Source: Clostridia bacterium (GTDB taxonomy: Bacteria > Bacillota > Clostridia > Christensenellales > CAG-138). From it: a stretch of DNA of 63,371 nt. This document shows, in pieces, positions 9,233 through 18,431 of the stretch. Under the pieces are notes generated by a model, which saw nothing but the letters and a program-made list of their open reading frames with translations, ran no database searches and had not been told where the DNA came from. Within the stretch, counting starts at the first letter, position 1; each line of letters begins with the position of its first letter. Where the stretch lies: the NCBI GenBank assembly GCA_016293975.1, contig JAEDCW010000003.1, forward strand, positions 1 to 63,371, read 5' to 3'. The position numbers and the translations under genes are program-made.

Positions 9233-10663
9233 ATGGCACAGAAGCTTTACAGAATACAGAACTTTTTGGGACTTAATCAGGCGATAGACGAGGGCAGTCT
9301 CGATGCGGCGTATTCGCCCGACTGCGCAAACATCGACACTTCGTGCGGTAGACTTGAAACGGCAAAGGGACACACAAAGGCGATCGCAGCGCTCATACCG
9401 GGGAGAGATAACTTTCTTTCGCTGTACGTGGGCGAGATAGGCACGGCTATGTGTTATATAGCAATCACAAGAAAATACATATACTCGTATGACATGACGA
9501 ACATATCATGGTCGACATTGTACACGTTTACTGCACCTCTCGTGCAAAACAGGGTGGATTACATAAACGCGACGTGCGACGGTGAGGATTGCCTGCTGAT
9601 AGCTACGGGTGAGACGCAATTGCTCAAATGCACGGGCACAGCCTGCACAGCGTTTGGCTCGGAAGAGCTCGGCTCAAACCACCTGTGCAACTATGTGGCG
9701 ATGTATCAAAACAGGCTCTTCTCGGGCGGTGAGAGCACTGCTCCTACGAGACTCTGTTACTCGCAGCCCTGTACTTTGGCAGGGGGCATAGAGAATTGGA
9801 GCGAGTCGACTGAGTCGAGTGAGCTTTCGGGCGGTTATATAGACATAGGCCCTACCGAATCAGACCCGATTTGCGGCATAAAGGCGCTTAGAAATCAACT
9901 GCTCATATTTAAGGAAAAGAGCCTCTACAGGCTCATAGGCGACAGGCCCTCTAACTTTACCGTTGAGAGGCTATGCGACCTCAACAGCCGAGTAGCCCAC
10001 ACCGCATTTGTCGCAAGGGGAGACGGAGGTTTCTTCATGGCGAGGGACGGGCTGTACGTCTATAACGGCGTCAACGCCTACAGATCAAACGACGCAGACC
10101 ACATCAAAAAGATCTTGGGTACGGTGAACACGGCAGATTGCCGCGCGGCGTGTACCTCAAACAAGCTCGTATTCAAGCTTGACGGGCCCTTGCTCCGGGA
10201 CTATTGCGTGGAATACGACATAAACAGGGGCTGCTATATGCTGAGGACGGGCTTTATGGCAGACGCTTTCTGCGAATACAAGGGAGAGGTGTACATGATT
10301 AACTCAAACAGATACATTTACCTCTACGATAACAGCGATACATATGACGGAGTGCCTATAGAGGCGTACTGGAAAACGCCCTGCACCGACTTGGGCGACA
10401 AGGGCGAGATAAAGGGACTTGTCGAGCTATATATAAGGGGCGAAAGCAACACGGGCTCGTCGATTTGCGTAGAGACCTATTCTGACGGCAAGCAGGAGCT
10501 TTATACGGTAGACGGGCTCGACTCACCGCAGGTCGTCAAAGACGTCAGGTTGAATGGCGAGGGCAGGACTTTCGCTGTCAGGGTGAGCAATCTAAACGGA
10601 GGACATTTCTCCATATGCGCAGGGCTTGAGCTCTTGCTCTCATGCAGAAGGAGGGTAAACTGA
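9233..10663 (+). CDS. hypothetical phage-like structural protein, possible tail-hub/nozzle (P22 gp10-like size)
   Basis: 476 aa with a beta-rich repetitive pattern. Starts 2 nt after the previous stop. No enzymatic motif is visible. Confidence 0.35.
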   Translation: MAQKLYRIQNFLGLNQAIDEGSLDAAYSPDCANIDTSCGRLETAKGHTKAIAALIPGRDNFLSLYVGEIGTAMCYIAITRKYIYSYDMTNISWSTLYTFTAPLVQNRVDYINATCDGEDCLLIATGETQLLKCTGTACTAFGSEELGSNHLCNYVAMYQNRLFSGGESTAPTRLCYSQPCTLAGGIENWSESTESSELSGGYIDIGPTESDPICGIKALRNQLLIFKEKSLYRLIGDRPSNFTVERLCDLNSRVAHTAFVARGDGGFFMARDGLYVYNGVNAYRSNDADHIKKILGTVNTADCRAACTSNKLVFKLDGPLLRDYCVEYDINRGCYMLRTGFMADAFCEYKGEVYMINSNRYIYLYDNSDTYDGVPIEAYWKTPCTDLGDKGEIKGLVELYIRGESNTGSSICVETYSDGKQELYTVDGLDSPQVVKDVRLNGEGRTFAVRVSNLNGGHFSICAGLELLLSCRRRVN

Positions 10664-10842
10664 TGAAGGCCATGTATTACGTATCGCTCGACAGCCGAAG
10701 CAAGGGGGCAAACGAGCTTACACGCGAGCTGACGCGAAAGGCGAATGAGGATATGCTCAATCAGAACTTTAAGCTTCTCGCACTCGCCGTTACAAGGCTC
10801 GAAGAAAGGCTTGAAAAACTCGAAAACGCAAGGCGAGGTTAG
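10663..10842 (+). CDS. small coiled-coil protein (phage-like module)
   Basis: 59 aa (MKAMYYVS...LEERLEKLENARRG). TGATG overlap with the upstream stop suggests translational coupling. Confidence 0.4.
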   Translation: MKAMYYVSLDSRSKGANELTRELTRKANEDMLNQNFKLLALAVTRLEERLEKLENARRG

Positions 10843-10845
10843 CTA

Positions 10846-10874
10846 TTGCACATGGGCCGCATTGCGCTTATACT
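10846..10874 (+). promoter_or_regulatory. candidate promoter abutting the DUF362 gene start
   Basis: TTGCAC, 17-nt spacer, TATACT. The -10 box ends 2 nt before ATG 10877 and 8 nt before ATG 10883. Confidence 0.4.
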
Positions 10875-10876
10875 AA

Positions 10877-12025
10877 ATGGATATGGATGGTTTATATGCA
10901 AACGTGGGCATAGCGAAATGCCCCGAATATACCGTGGAATGTGCGCGCGGTGCGCTTACCGAGGCAATTGATGCCGCAGGCGGGCTCGATTGGGTAAAGG
11001 TAGGCATGAAGATAGCCATAAAGCCCAATCTCGTGACTTTTAAGCATCCCGAAGCCGCGGCTACGACCCACCCACTGCTCGTGGGAGAGCTGTGCCGTAT
11101 GCTCGCAGACAGGGGCGCAAAGGTAATCATAGGGGACAGTCCTGGCGGAGTTTATTCCAACGCTATACTGTCGGCGGTATACTCCGCATCGGGTATGAAC
11201 ACGCTCGAGAATGAGAGCGTTACGCTCAATCGGAATACCGACACGCTCGACGCTGATTTCCCCGACGCAAAATGCGCAAAGAGCTTTCCGTACACGGCGT
11301 ATCTCGATGAGGCGGACGCAATAATCAACTTCTCGAAGCTGAAAACTCACGGAATGATGGGCTTCAGCGGAGCGGTGAAGAATATGTTCGGCACTGTGCC
11401 CGGCACGAGAAAGCCCGAATTCCACTACCGTTACCCCAACGTATGCGATTTTGCGAATGTGCTTGTCGACCTCAACGAATTCTTTAAGCCGACGCTGTGC
11501 ATAATGGATGCGGTGTGGGGAATGGAGGGCAACGGCCCGACGGCGGGTGAGCCTCGCCACATAGGCTGTGTGTTGGCATCGAAATCGCCATACTGTCTCG
11601 ACATTGCGGCGGCATCGATTATAGGACTGACGACAGACGACATTATGACACTGTCGGTCGCAAACGAGAGAGGGCTTGCCCCAAAAAGCGCAGATGAACT
11701 TGACATAATAGGAAGCGGCGCAGACATTCGCGTGGCCGAGTACAGGACCATACCGCCTCAAAAGCTTGACTTTTCAGACAAATTCTTGGCATTAAACGGC
11801 TTTGTAAGGAGCTGTCTTACTCCAAATCCGGTGCTCACAAAGGCGGAGTGCGTAGGCTGTGGGGAATGCGCTAAGATGTGTCCGGCACACGCTATTAAGC
11901 TAAAAGACAAAAAGCCTAAGATAGACAGGTCGCAGTGCATACATTGTTTCTGCTGTCAGGAGTTTTGCCCAAAGGGTGCGCTCAAGGTAAAGAGACCGTT
12001 GATATCAAGACTGCTCACAAAATAA
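10877..12025 (+). CDS. DUF362-domain protein with a C-terminal 2x[4Fe-4S] ferredoxin domain
   Basis: ..VGIAKCPEY..MKIAIKPNLV.. N-terminal pattern of DUF362. C-terminal CVGCGECAKMCP and CIHCFCCQEFCP motifs. Confidence 0.75.
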   Translation: MDMDGLYANVGIAKCPEYTVECARGALTEAIDAAGGLDWVKVGMKIAIKPNLVTFKHPEAAATTHPLLVGELCRMLADRGAKVIIGDSPGGVYSNAILSAVYSASGMNTLENESVTLNRNTDTLDADFPDAKCAKSFPYTAYLDEADAIINFSKLKTHGMMGFSGAVKNMFGTVPGTRKPEFHYRYPNVCDFANVLVDLNEFFKPTLCIMDAVWGMEGNGPTAGEPRHIGCVLASKSPYCLDIAAASIIGLTTDDIMTLSVANERGLAPKSADELDIIGSGADIRVAEYRTIPPQKLDFSDKFLALNGFVRSCLTPNPVLTKAECVGCGECAKMCPAHAIKLKDKKPKIDRSQCIHCFCCQEFCPKGALKVKRPLISRLLTK

Positions 12026-12035
12026 GGAGAACAGA

Positions 12036-12632
12036 ATGCTCGAACTTATTGTAATAATCGCCGTTTTGCTCGTCGACCAAATCACAAAGATAGTAGCGGC
12101 GGACATACTTCCAACGCTCGGCGGAAGCGTAAGCGTAATCGAGGGCGTGTTCAATTTCACTTATGTGAAGAACACGGGTGCGGCGTTTGGAATGCTCAAA
12201 GACAATACCGTGATACTGGCCGGTGTAAGCGTTATCGCTACCGCGCTTATCGCATATTTGCTGATTACACAGAGAAAGCGCAAGCCCGTGCCAATGCCTG
12301 TGCTGATGAGAATTGCCGTGAGCCTTTTGCTCGCGGGAGCTGTGGGAAACCTGATGGACAGGGTGGTGCTGGGCTATGTGCGCGATATGCTCGACTTTGT
12401 GCTGATAGGCTTTGCCGTATTCAACGTAGCGGACAGTGCCGTATGTGTAGGTGCGGCATTGTTGGTTGTGGCAGGTGTATTCACAAAAGGCGGCAAGAGC
12501 TATATCGCATCGCTCGAAGAGGCAGAGAAGGAATCGGCAAAGCGCAAAAAGAAGGCAAAGCAGGGCGAGTGCGCCTGTGGCCGCTGCGCCCGCCATGACG
12601 AGGAAACAAGGGACGACTGCGAGGAAGATTGA
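12036..12632 (+). CDS. lspA: lipoprotein signal peptidase II with a charged Cys-rich C-terminal tail
   Basis: ..DQITK..FNFTYVKNTGAAFGML..GNLMDR..VADSAV.. are LspA motifs. An extra ~45-aa tail ends ..GECACGRCARHDEETRDDCEED. Confidence 0.9.
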   Translation: MLELIVIIAVLLVDQITKIVAADILPTLGGSVSVIEGVFNFTYVKNTGAAFGMLKDNTVILAGVSVIATALIAYLLITQRKRKPVPMPVLMRIAVSLLLAGAVGNLMDRVVLGYVRDMLDFVLIGFAVFNVADSAVCVGAALLVVAGVFTKGGKSYIASLEEAEKESAKRKKKAKQGECACGRCARHDEETRDDCEED

Positions 12633-13612
12633 TGAATATTTTACTCGATGAGCTTATAGAGAGCACGGAGCTTACCGCCGATAAGGACGGGGAAAGACTC
12701 GACGTGTTTTTGGCGAGAACGTGCGTCAACACGCGTTCGTTTATGCAGAAGCTCATAGAATCGGGCGATGTTACGGTAAACGGCAAGTCGACAAAGACAG
12801 GCTTTAAGCTCAGTGCCGGAGACTGCGTATCGGTATGTTACCCTCCTGTGGAGGACACGGAGCTCGTGCCGCAGGACATACCTCTCGAAATAGTGTACGA
12901 GGACCCAGATATAGCGGTCATTAATAAGCCAATAGGCATGGTGGTGCACCCCGCCCCCGGAAATCCCGACGGCACGCTCGTAAATGCTATAATGTACCAC
13001 ATAAAGGACCTATCGGGCATAGGCGGACAGTTGCGCCCGGGCATTGTACACAGGATAGACAAGCTTACATCGGGGCTCATTGTCATAGCAAAAAACGACG
13101 CATCGCACGTATCTCTCTGCGAGCAATTCAGAGAGCACAGCGCCTACAGGAGCTATATTGCCATAGTAAACGGCAATATAAAAGAGGACATGGGGACTGT
13201 GGACGCGCCTATAGCGAGGCACAGGACGGACAGAAAGCGCATGACGGTCGCAGACGGCGGCAGAGAAGCCGTTACACATTGGCGGACGTTGTTGAGGTTT
13301 GGCGAATACACTCTGCTGCTCCTCAAGCTTGAGACGGGAAGAACGCATCAGATAAGAGTACATATGGCGCACATAAAGCACCCCGTAGTGGGTGACACGG
13401 TTTACTCGAGCGGCAGAAATGCATTCGGGCTCGAAGGGCAGGCGCTACATGCGGTCGCACTTGAATTGACTCACCCGACAAGCGGCGAGCGTATGCGTTT
13501 CTTTGCACCAGTACCGAACCATATAGTTGTCGCACTTAGGCGTCTCGGCGTACAGGATACGGACGCTTTGTACGAGCAAATCAAAGAGGTTGTCAAAAGC
13601 AACACAATTTGA
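12632..13612 (+). CDS. rluD: 23S rRNA pseudouridine synthase, RluA/RluD family
   Basis: S4 domain followed by the catalytic ..HRIDKLTSGLIVIAK.. motif. TGATG overlap with lspA. Confidence 0.9.
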   Translation: MNILLDELIESTELTADKDGERLDVFLARTCVNTRSFMQKLIESGDVTVNGKSTKTGFKLSAGDCVSVCYPPVEDTELVPQDIPLEIVYEDPDIAVINKPIGMVVHPAPGNPDGTLVNAIMYHIKDLSGIGGQLRPGIVHRIDKLTSGLIVIAKNDASHVSLCEQFREHSAYRSYIAIVNGNIKEDMGTVDAPIARHRTDRKRMTVADGGREAVTHWRTLLRFGEYTLLLLKLETGRTHQIRVHMAHIKHPVVGDTVYSSGRNAFGLEGQALHAVALELTHPTSGERMRFFAPVPNHIVVALRRLGVQDTDALYEQIKEVVKSNTI

Positions 13613-13631
13613 TGTGATTTTCCATATATGC

Positions 13632-13660
13632 TTGTAATAGCCAACAAGATATTGTATAAT
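13632..13660 (+). promoter_or_regulatory. candidate promoter for zapA
   Basis: TTGTAA, 17-nt spacer, TATAAT. Confidence 0.5.
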
Positions 13661-13702
13661 CATTCTGTAAAGTTGTACGTATATGGCATTTAGGGGTAAA
13701 TT

Positions 13703-14053
13703 ATGGATAAGATGAGAATCACAATAAAGCTTGGGACAGCTGAATACAGACTGCTGGTTACAGAGGACGAGCAGTACATGCAGAAGTTGGCGAGCGATGT
13801 GAACGAGCATATCGACAGGATAAAGGCCGTGTATGCGACATTGAGCGATTACGACTGCGCCATGCTTGCTATGCTCAATATGGCACAGGAATTGAGTGAT
13901 CTTAAGACGCGCTACAATGAGCTTGAGTCGAGGATTGAGACGCTCCGTGAATTGCCGCCCGCTATGCCCACGAGACGTCCGCTTGAGAAAAAGCGCACAA
14001 CGGCAAAGAGCAAGGCTGCCGCAACAGAGGAAGAACCCGTCACTGTCAGCTAA
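13703..14053 (+). CDS. zapA: cell division protein ZapA
   Basis: 116 aa. The pattern ..ITIKLGTAEYRLLVTEDEQYMQKLASDVNEHI.. is typical of ZapA. Confidence 0.8.
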   Translation: MDKMRITIKLGTAEYRLLVTEDEQYMQKLASDVNEHIDRIKAVYATLSDYDCAMLAMLNMAQELSDLKTRYNELESRIETLRELPPAMPTRRPLEKKRTTAKSKAAATEEEPVTVS

Positions 14054-14144
14054 TGACCGCTTTGTATTGGCGGGAATCAACCGGCGTTGAGTGACGGCGT
14101 GTTTGCGGACGCCGCTTTACAGAACAAGACGAAAGAGTCATTCG

Positions 14145-14179
14145 GCAGAGGACACAACCTCTGCTGTTTTATTTGTTTT
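14145..14179 (+). terminator. intrinsic terminator after zapA
   Basis: GCAGAGG / CCTCTGC stem followed by a T-rich tract. Confidence 0.7.
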
Positions 14180-14436
14180 GGCAAATTCTGAAAACGACGA
14201 CAGTGAGATGACTTTCCCTGCTGCCTTATGACGCCCCGATAGACTGGGACGATTTTTACTCCACAGAGAATACATTGACAAGCGCGGTACTGCAGAGAAT
14301 ACTAATAAGCTTAGGAAGGAAATCACACGAATATATCATTCTTTTCTCAGAACTTGTAGTTTAGACTGGTAATTTGTATTTGTGTGACATCAATACTGTG
14401 GTAAAATAAGCTACTTAGCAAAGGGGGATTTCCGTA

Positions 14437-16800
14437 ATGCTTATGAATTCAAAGGCGATTATGCGCCGAATGGAAGACGAGCTGAGGACAGATTATCATA
14501 TTGAATTATATGAGGCGACGCCTCAGCAGCTTCACAGGGCCTTGTCGGATGCGGTTATGTACGCGATTTCGGACGATTGGCGCCGTAGTCGCAGAGACCA
14601 TGAACACGTTCGCAGGGCATACTATTTCTCGGCGGAGTACCTCACGGGCCGTATGGTGTTCAACAATCTGTACTGCCTTGGCTTGCTGGATGAGGTTCAG
14701 AAGCATCTGAGCATGAAGGGCGCGGATTTGCGCTTGCTTGAGGACATTGAGGACCCTGCATTGGGCAACGGCGGCCTGGGAAGGCTTGCGGCGTGTTTCC
14801 TCGATTCTGCGGCGACCCACGACATACCACTCGATGGCTACGGACTGCGCTATAAGTTTGGTCTGTTTAGGCAAAGCTTTACAAACGGCTTCCAGATGGA
14901 GAAGGCGGACGACTGGCAGCGTTGGGGTGACCCGTGGAGCAAGAGGCGCGACGACAAAACCGTCACGGTGACTTTTGCCGACCAGAGTGTACTCGCCGTG
15001 CCATACGATATGCCTGTACTGGGCTACAAAACGGCTAATGTCGGAACGCTCAGACTGTGGCAGGCGGAACCTGTTGAGGAATTCGACTTCACGCTCTTTA
15101 ACAACCAGCAATACGATATGTCGGTAAAGCAAAAGAACGAGGTCGAGGACATAACGAGGGTGCTCTACCCCAACGACAGCACGTACGCGGGCAAACAGCT
15201 AAGACTCAAACAGCAGTATTTCCTCTCAAGCGCATCGCTTCAGGATATAGTGAGGAGGTATAAGCGCGTCCGCGGAGACGACTTCACGTGCTTTGCGGCA
15301 CACGCTGCTATACAGCTAAACGACACGCATCCCGCAGTTTCCGTACCCGAGCTCATAAGGATACTTATGGAAAACGGCATGGATTTCGTTTCGGCGCTTG
15401 AAACAGCCAAAGCTACATTCTCATATACAAACCACACGGTAATGAGCGAGGCGCTCGAAAAGTGGGATACAAAGCTTTTCAGCGGAGTAATTCCCGAGAT
15501 ATACGACATAATCGTGAGAATCGACGAGAGACTCGACGAAGAGCTTCGCGCAAGGGGGGTATCCGACGAACAGCGCGGAAGGATGCGCATAATAACAAAC
15601 GACTGCATCAATATGGTGCGGCTCGTGACATATGTCTCCACATACGTCAACGGCGTTGCAAAGATACACACGGAGATACTTAAAAACGACATGCTCCGCG
15701 ACTGGTACACTGTATTCCCCGAGAAATTTACAAATAAGACGAATGGCATAACGCAAAGGCGTTGGCTCGGTCTGTGCAATCCCGAGCTGTCGTCGCTCAT
15801 TGCATCGAAAATAGGCAACGGTTTCATCCGCGACCTCGACGACTTGGAAAAGCTCGAACCGATGGTGGACGACGATATGCTTAAGGCTTTTAGAGAGGTA
15901 AAATACAAGAAAAAGCAGCAGCTTTGCAGAGTGATAGCGGACAAAGAAGGTATAGCTCTGAATCCGAGCTTTCTTTTCGACATACAGGTAAAACGTATGC
16001 ACGAGTACAAGCGTCAGCTTATGAACGCACTGAGCATACTCTATATCTATTTCAAACTGAAAAACGGCGAACTGCTCGACTTCACGCCTACGGCATTCAT
16101 ATTCGGCGCAAAGGCCGCTCCCGGCTACTACCGCGCAAAGGGCGTTATTAAGTTCATAAACGAGATAGCCAAGCGGATAAACTCCGACGAGGCCATGAGA
16201 GATAAGCTTCAGGTCGTGTTCGTTCAGAACTATAACTGCTCATATGCCGAGCATATTATTCCGGCGGCGGACGTGAGCGAGCAGATTTCACCCGCAGGGA
16301 CGGAGGCCTCCGGCACGGGCAATATGAAGTTCATGCTCAACGGCGCTGTGACACTCGGAACGTATGACGGGGCAAATATAGAGATAGTCGATGCCGCGGG
16401 AGAGGAGAACAACTACATATTCGGCGCTCGAGTGGAGGAGCTTGCAAACATCGAGTACAATCCCATGGATATTTACAACTCCAACCCCGACATAAAGCGC
16501 GTGCTCGATACGCTCGTGGACGGCACGTTCTCCGACAATGGTACGGGCGTGTTCCGGGAGCTCTACAACTCGATACTGTACGGTGCAAGCTGGCATAAGC
16601 CCGACCACTACTATGTGCTTTTGGACTTCATGCCCTATATCGAGGCAAAACTGCGCGCAAACAGGGAATACAAGGACTCGGTGGAGTTCTCGAGAAAGTG
16701 CATGATGAATGTATGCAGTGCGGGGCGGTTCTCTTCCGACAGGACTGTCAGGGAATACGCCGACGAAATATGGAAGGTGTATCCGGTCCGCGAGATGTGA
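14437..16800 (+). CDS. glgP: glycogen/maltodextrin phosphorylase
   Basis: 787 aa. ..EDPALGNGGLGRLAACFLDS.. and the PLP-site region ..EASGTGNMKFMLNGA.. are present. Confidence 0.95.
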   Translation: MLMNSKAIMRRMEDELRTDYHIELYEATPQQLHRALSDAVMYAISDDWRRSRRDHEHVRRAYYFSAEYLTGRMVFNNLYCLGLLDEVQKHLSMKGADLRLLEDIEDPALGNGGLGRLAACFLDSAATHDIPLDGYGLRYKFGLFRQSFTNGFQMEKADDWQRWGDPWSKRRDDKTVTVTFADQSVLAVPYDMPVLGYKTANVGTLRLWQAEPVEEFDFTLFNNQQYDMSVKQKNEVEDITRVLYPNDSTYAGKQLRLKQQYFLSSASLQDIVRRYKRVRGDDFTCFAAHAAIQLNDTHPAVSVPELIRILMENGMDFVSALETAKATFSYTNHTVMSEALEKWDTKLFSGVIPEIYDIIVRIDERLDEELRARGVSDEQRGRMRIITNDCINMVRLVTYVSTYVNGVAKIHTEILKNDMLRDWYTVFPEKFTNKTNGITQRRWLGLCNPELSSLIASKIGNGFIRDLDDLEKLEPMVDDDMLKAFREVKYKKKQQLCRVIADKEGIALNPSFLFDIQVKRMHEYKRQLMNALSILYIYFKLKNGELLDFTPTAFIFGAKAAPGYYRAKGVIKFINEIAKRINSDEAMRDKLQVVFVQNYNCSYAEHIIPAADVSEQISPAGTEASGTGNMKFMLNGAVTLGTYDGANIEIVDAAGEENNYIFGARVEELANIEYNPMDIYNSNPDIKRVLDTLVDGTFSDNGTGVFRELYNSILYGASWHKPDHYYVLLDFMPYIEAKLRANREYKDSVEFSRKCMMNVCSAGRFSSDRTVREYADEIWKVYPVREM

Positions 16801-16803
16801 TGT

Positions 16804-16831
16804 AAAAGGGGTGCGATGCACCCCTTCTTTT
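16804..16831. terminator. bidirectional terminator between glgP and the convergent lipoprotein gene
   Basis: AAGGGGTGC-GAT-GCACCCCTT hairpin with A/T runs on both sides. Confidence 0.7.
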
Positions 16832-16900
16832 GCTCTCATAACCGCACCTGTTACCGTACCACCCTCGGATTATGCTCTGCCGAGAGGTCTTTGGCCAATA

Positions 16901-17839
16901 TTACGGTCCAAGTGTGTAATCGGTATAAAACTCGACCCTAACTACCTGAATATGCGTGGAATACTGCGTATGAGCAACAAAGTACAGCGCTCCAGTTTCA
17001 GGATTGAAGAAAGAGTTATAAACGGGATCACTGAAGGAAGTCGGCCCAATCTCCGTAGCGAAACGGCTGAAATCAGGGAGATATAGGAATCCTTTGGGCT
17101 TGCCTTCCGAATCGAACTTAAACACGGTAGTGTCGTTGTACATAAGATAGAGATTATCCTCTGTGTCGGCAATTGCAATACCGGGACCCGCGTTGTGAGG
17201 AATTAAGAAATCCTTTAAATGCCATGTCCTACCGTTATTATAATCGTGAACAGTGTATTCATCGAATATACGCACATCGCTGGAACCAACATATAAGCTG
17301 TGCGGGTAGATAAGATTCTTTCCGTCCGTGGACAGCGTTTCATGGGATAATGACAAATTTGATTTGTATTTTTCCTTGCCTTTGAGCAGCTCATCCTGTA
17401 CGGTCTTCCAATTCTCATCATTGTACTCGACTACGCGTTCAAGCTCTCCGTCTTTGAATATCATGAAATTCTGCTTCCAACTGCTATTTTTCAGAATAAT
17501 CTCGCTCTCGTCGGGGCTTACATACATAATCTCGCAGGGAAGGTGGCCGTAGTCTACCATATCGAGGGGATCTTTATACACTATGCCAGTCTCGAATGTT
17601 GTCAGAATAGTATACTGGATTTTTTGGAGATCGGGAATGTCCTTAAAGGCAACCCCGGTGTACCCATGCTCGGACGTCGACACCGAAACTTGCTCCGTGG
17701 GCGCAGGCGTCGTATCGCCGGTGTCGATGGGTGGCGTTGTATCGGCAGGCTGAACCGTCTGCGCACAGCCCGATATAACTGATATGAGCAGTGCGAAGAG
17801 CAATGTCAATGCTGTGATTTTGAGTGATTTGTTTTTCAT
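16901..17839 (-). CDS. lipoprotein of unknown function
   Basis: Start at the ATG after GGAGGT. Signal peptide plus lipobox (..LLISVISGCAQ), a Thr/Pro linker, then a ~250-aa beta-rich domain. Confidence 0.7.
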   Translation of the reverse strand: MKNKSLKITALTLLFALLISVISGCAQTVQPADTTPPIDTGDTTPAPTEQVSVSTSEHGYTGVAFKDIPDLQKIQYTILTTFETGIVYKDPLDMVDYGHLPCEIMYVSPDESEIILKNSSWKQNFMIFKDGELERVVEYNDENWKTVQDELLKGKEKYKSNLSLSHETLSTDGKNLIYPHSLYVGSSDVRIFDEYTVHDYNNGRTWHLKDFLIPHNAGPGIAIADTEDNLYLMYNDTTVFKFDSEGKPKGFLYLPDFSRFATEIGPTSFSDPVYNSFFNPETGALYFVAHTQYSTHIQVVRVEFYTDYTLGP

Positions 17840-18408
17840 ATAGATTACCTCCATGGGTTTCTTGTATAGTTTCGAAGTCTGATGCCGGTCGGGTATGAGT
17901 ATCTGCTTGGTGTGCGATTCTCCGGCAGTTGCGGACTAAATTACCGCTAGTGATATCAGAGCACTGGGTTAAAAACAATCGGATTCATTACATTCAGACA
18001 TTGGCACGCACTAAATCGATTCCGATCGACAAACACATGGCGGTGCGTTATCTTTTTGGTGAGTGTAAAATCATATTAGCATCCTCCTTTCCGAAATAAA
18101 CTAATCACAGGTTAAAACTATAACCAAAAACAAAACCGTAATACTTTTGTCAATACATCAAGGGGGTAAGAACGACGAGAAATTCAGTAAACAACAAAGA
18201 ATTTCATAATAAAATTATACACTAAGTACAGATTAAGTCAATGCAAACGATGTTAATAATTTGTTAACAATGCAATGACTGCCATTTAAAATATGACGAA
18301 TGAGAGTATAAGTGCTCCCTGTTTTTGCGAGCAGTGGGTGTTTATAACGAAAAGAGGCGGAGGCTTTTTGCGCGGACAAATGTTATCCGTGCGAACCGGC
18401 ATGGCGTG

Positions 18409-18431
18409 AAAAAGCCCCTCGGCAGAGGGGC
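18409..18431 (-). terminator. intrinsic terminator after pgcA
   Basis: GCCCCTC-GGCA-GAGGGGC hairpin. The T-run on the minus strand is the A5 at 18409-18413. Confidence 0.7.

Noticed and set aside
3061-10900. Direct repeat of the tRNA-Glu 3' end that would mark attL/attR of an integrated element.
   Set aside because: I found no second copy of the tRNA 3' segment by eye near 10.8-12 kb. The island boundaries remain undefined.
10892-11761. 289-aa minus-strand ORF.
   Set aside because: It is antisense to the DUF362 gene, whose ferredoxin motifs and family N-terminus are clear.
18048-18074. 8-codon mini-ORF behind a perfect SD, read as a regulatory leader peptide.
   Set aside because: It is too short and has no adjacent terminator or antiterminator structure that I can see. 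It is mentioned only inside the spacer finding.
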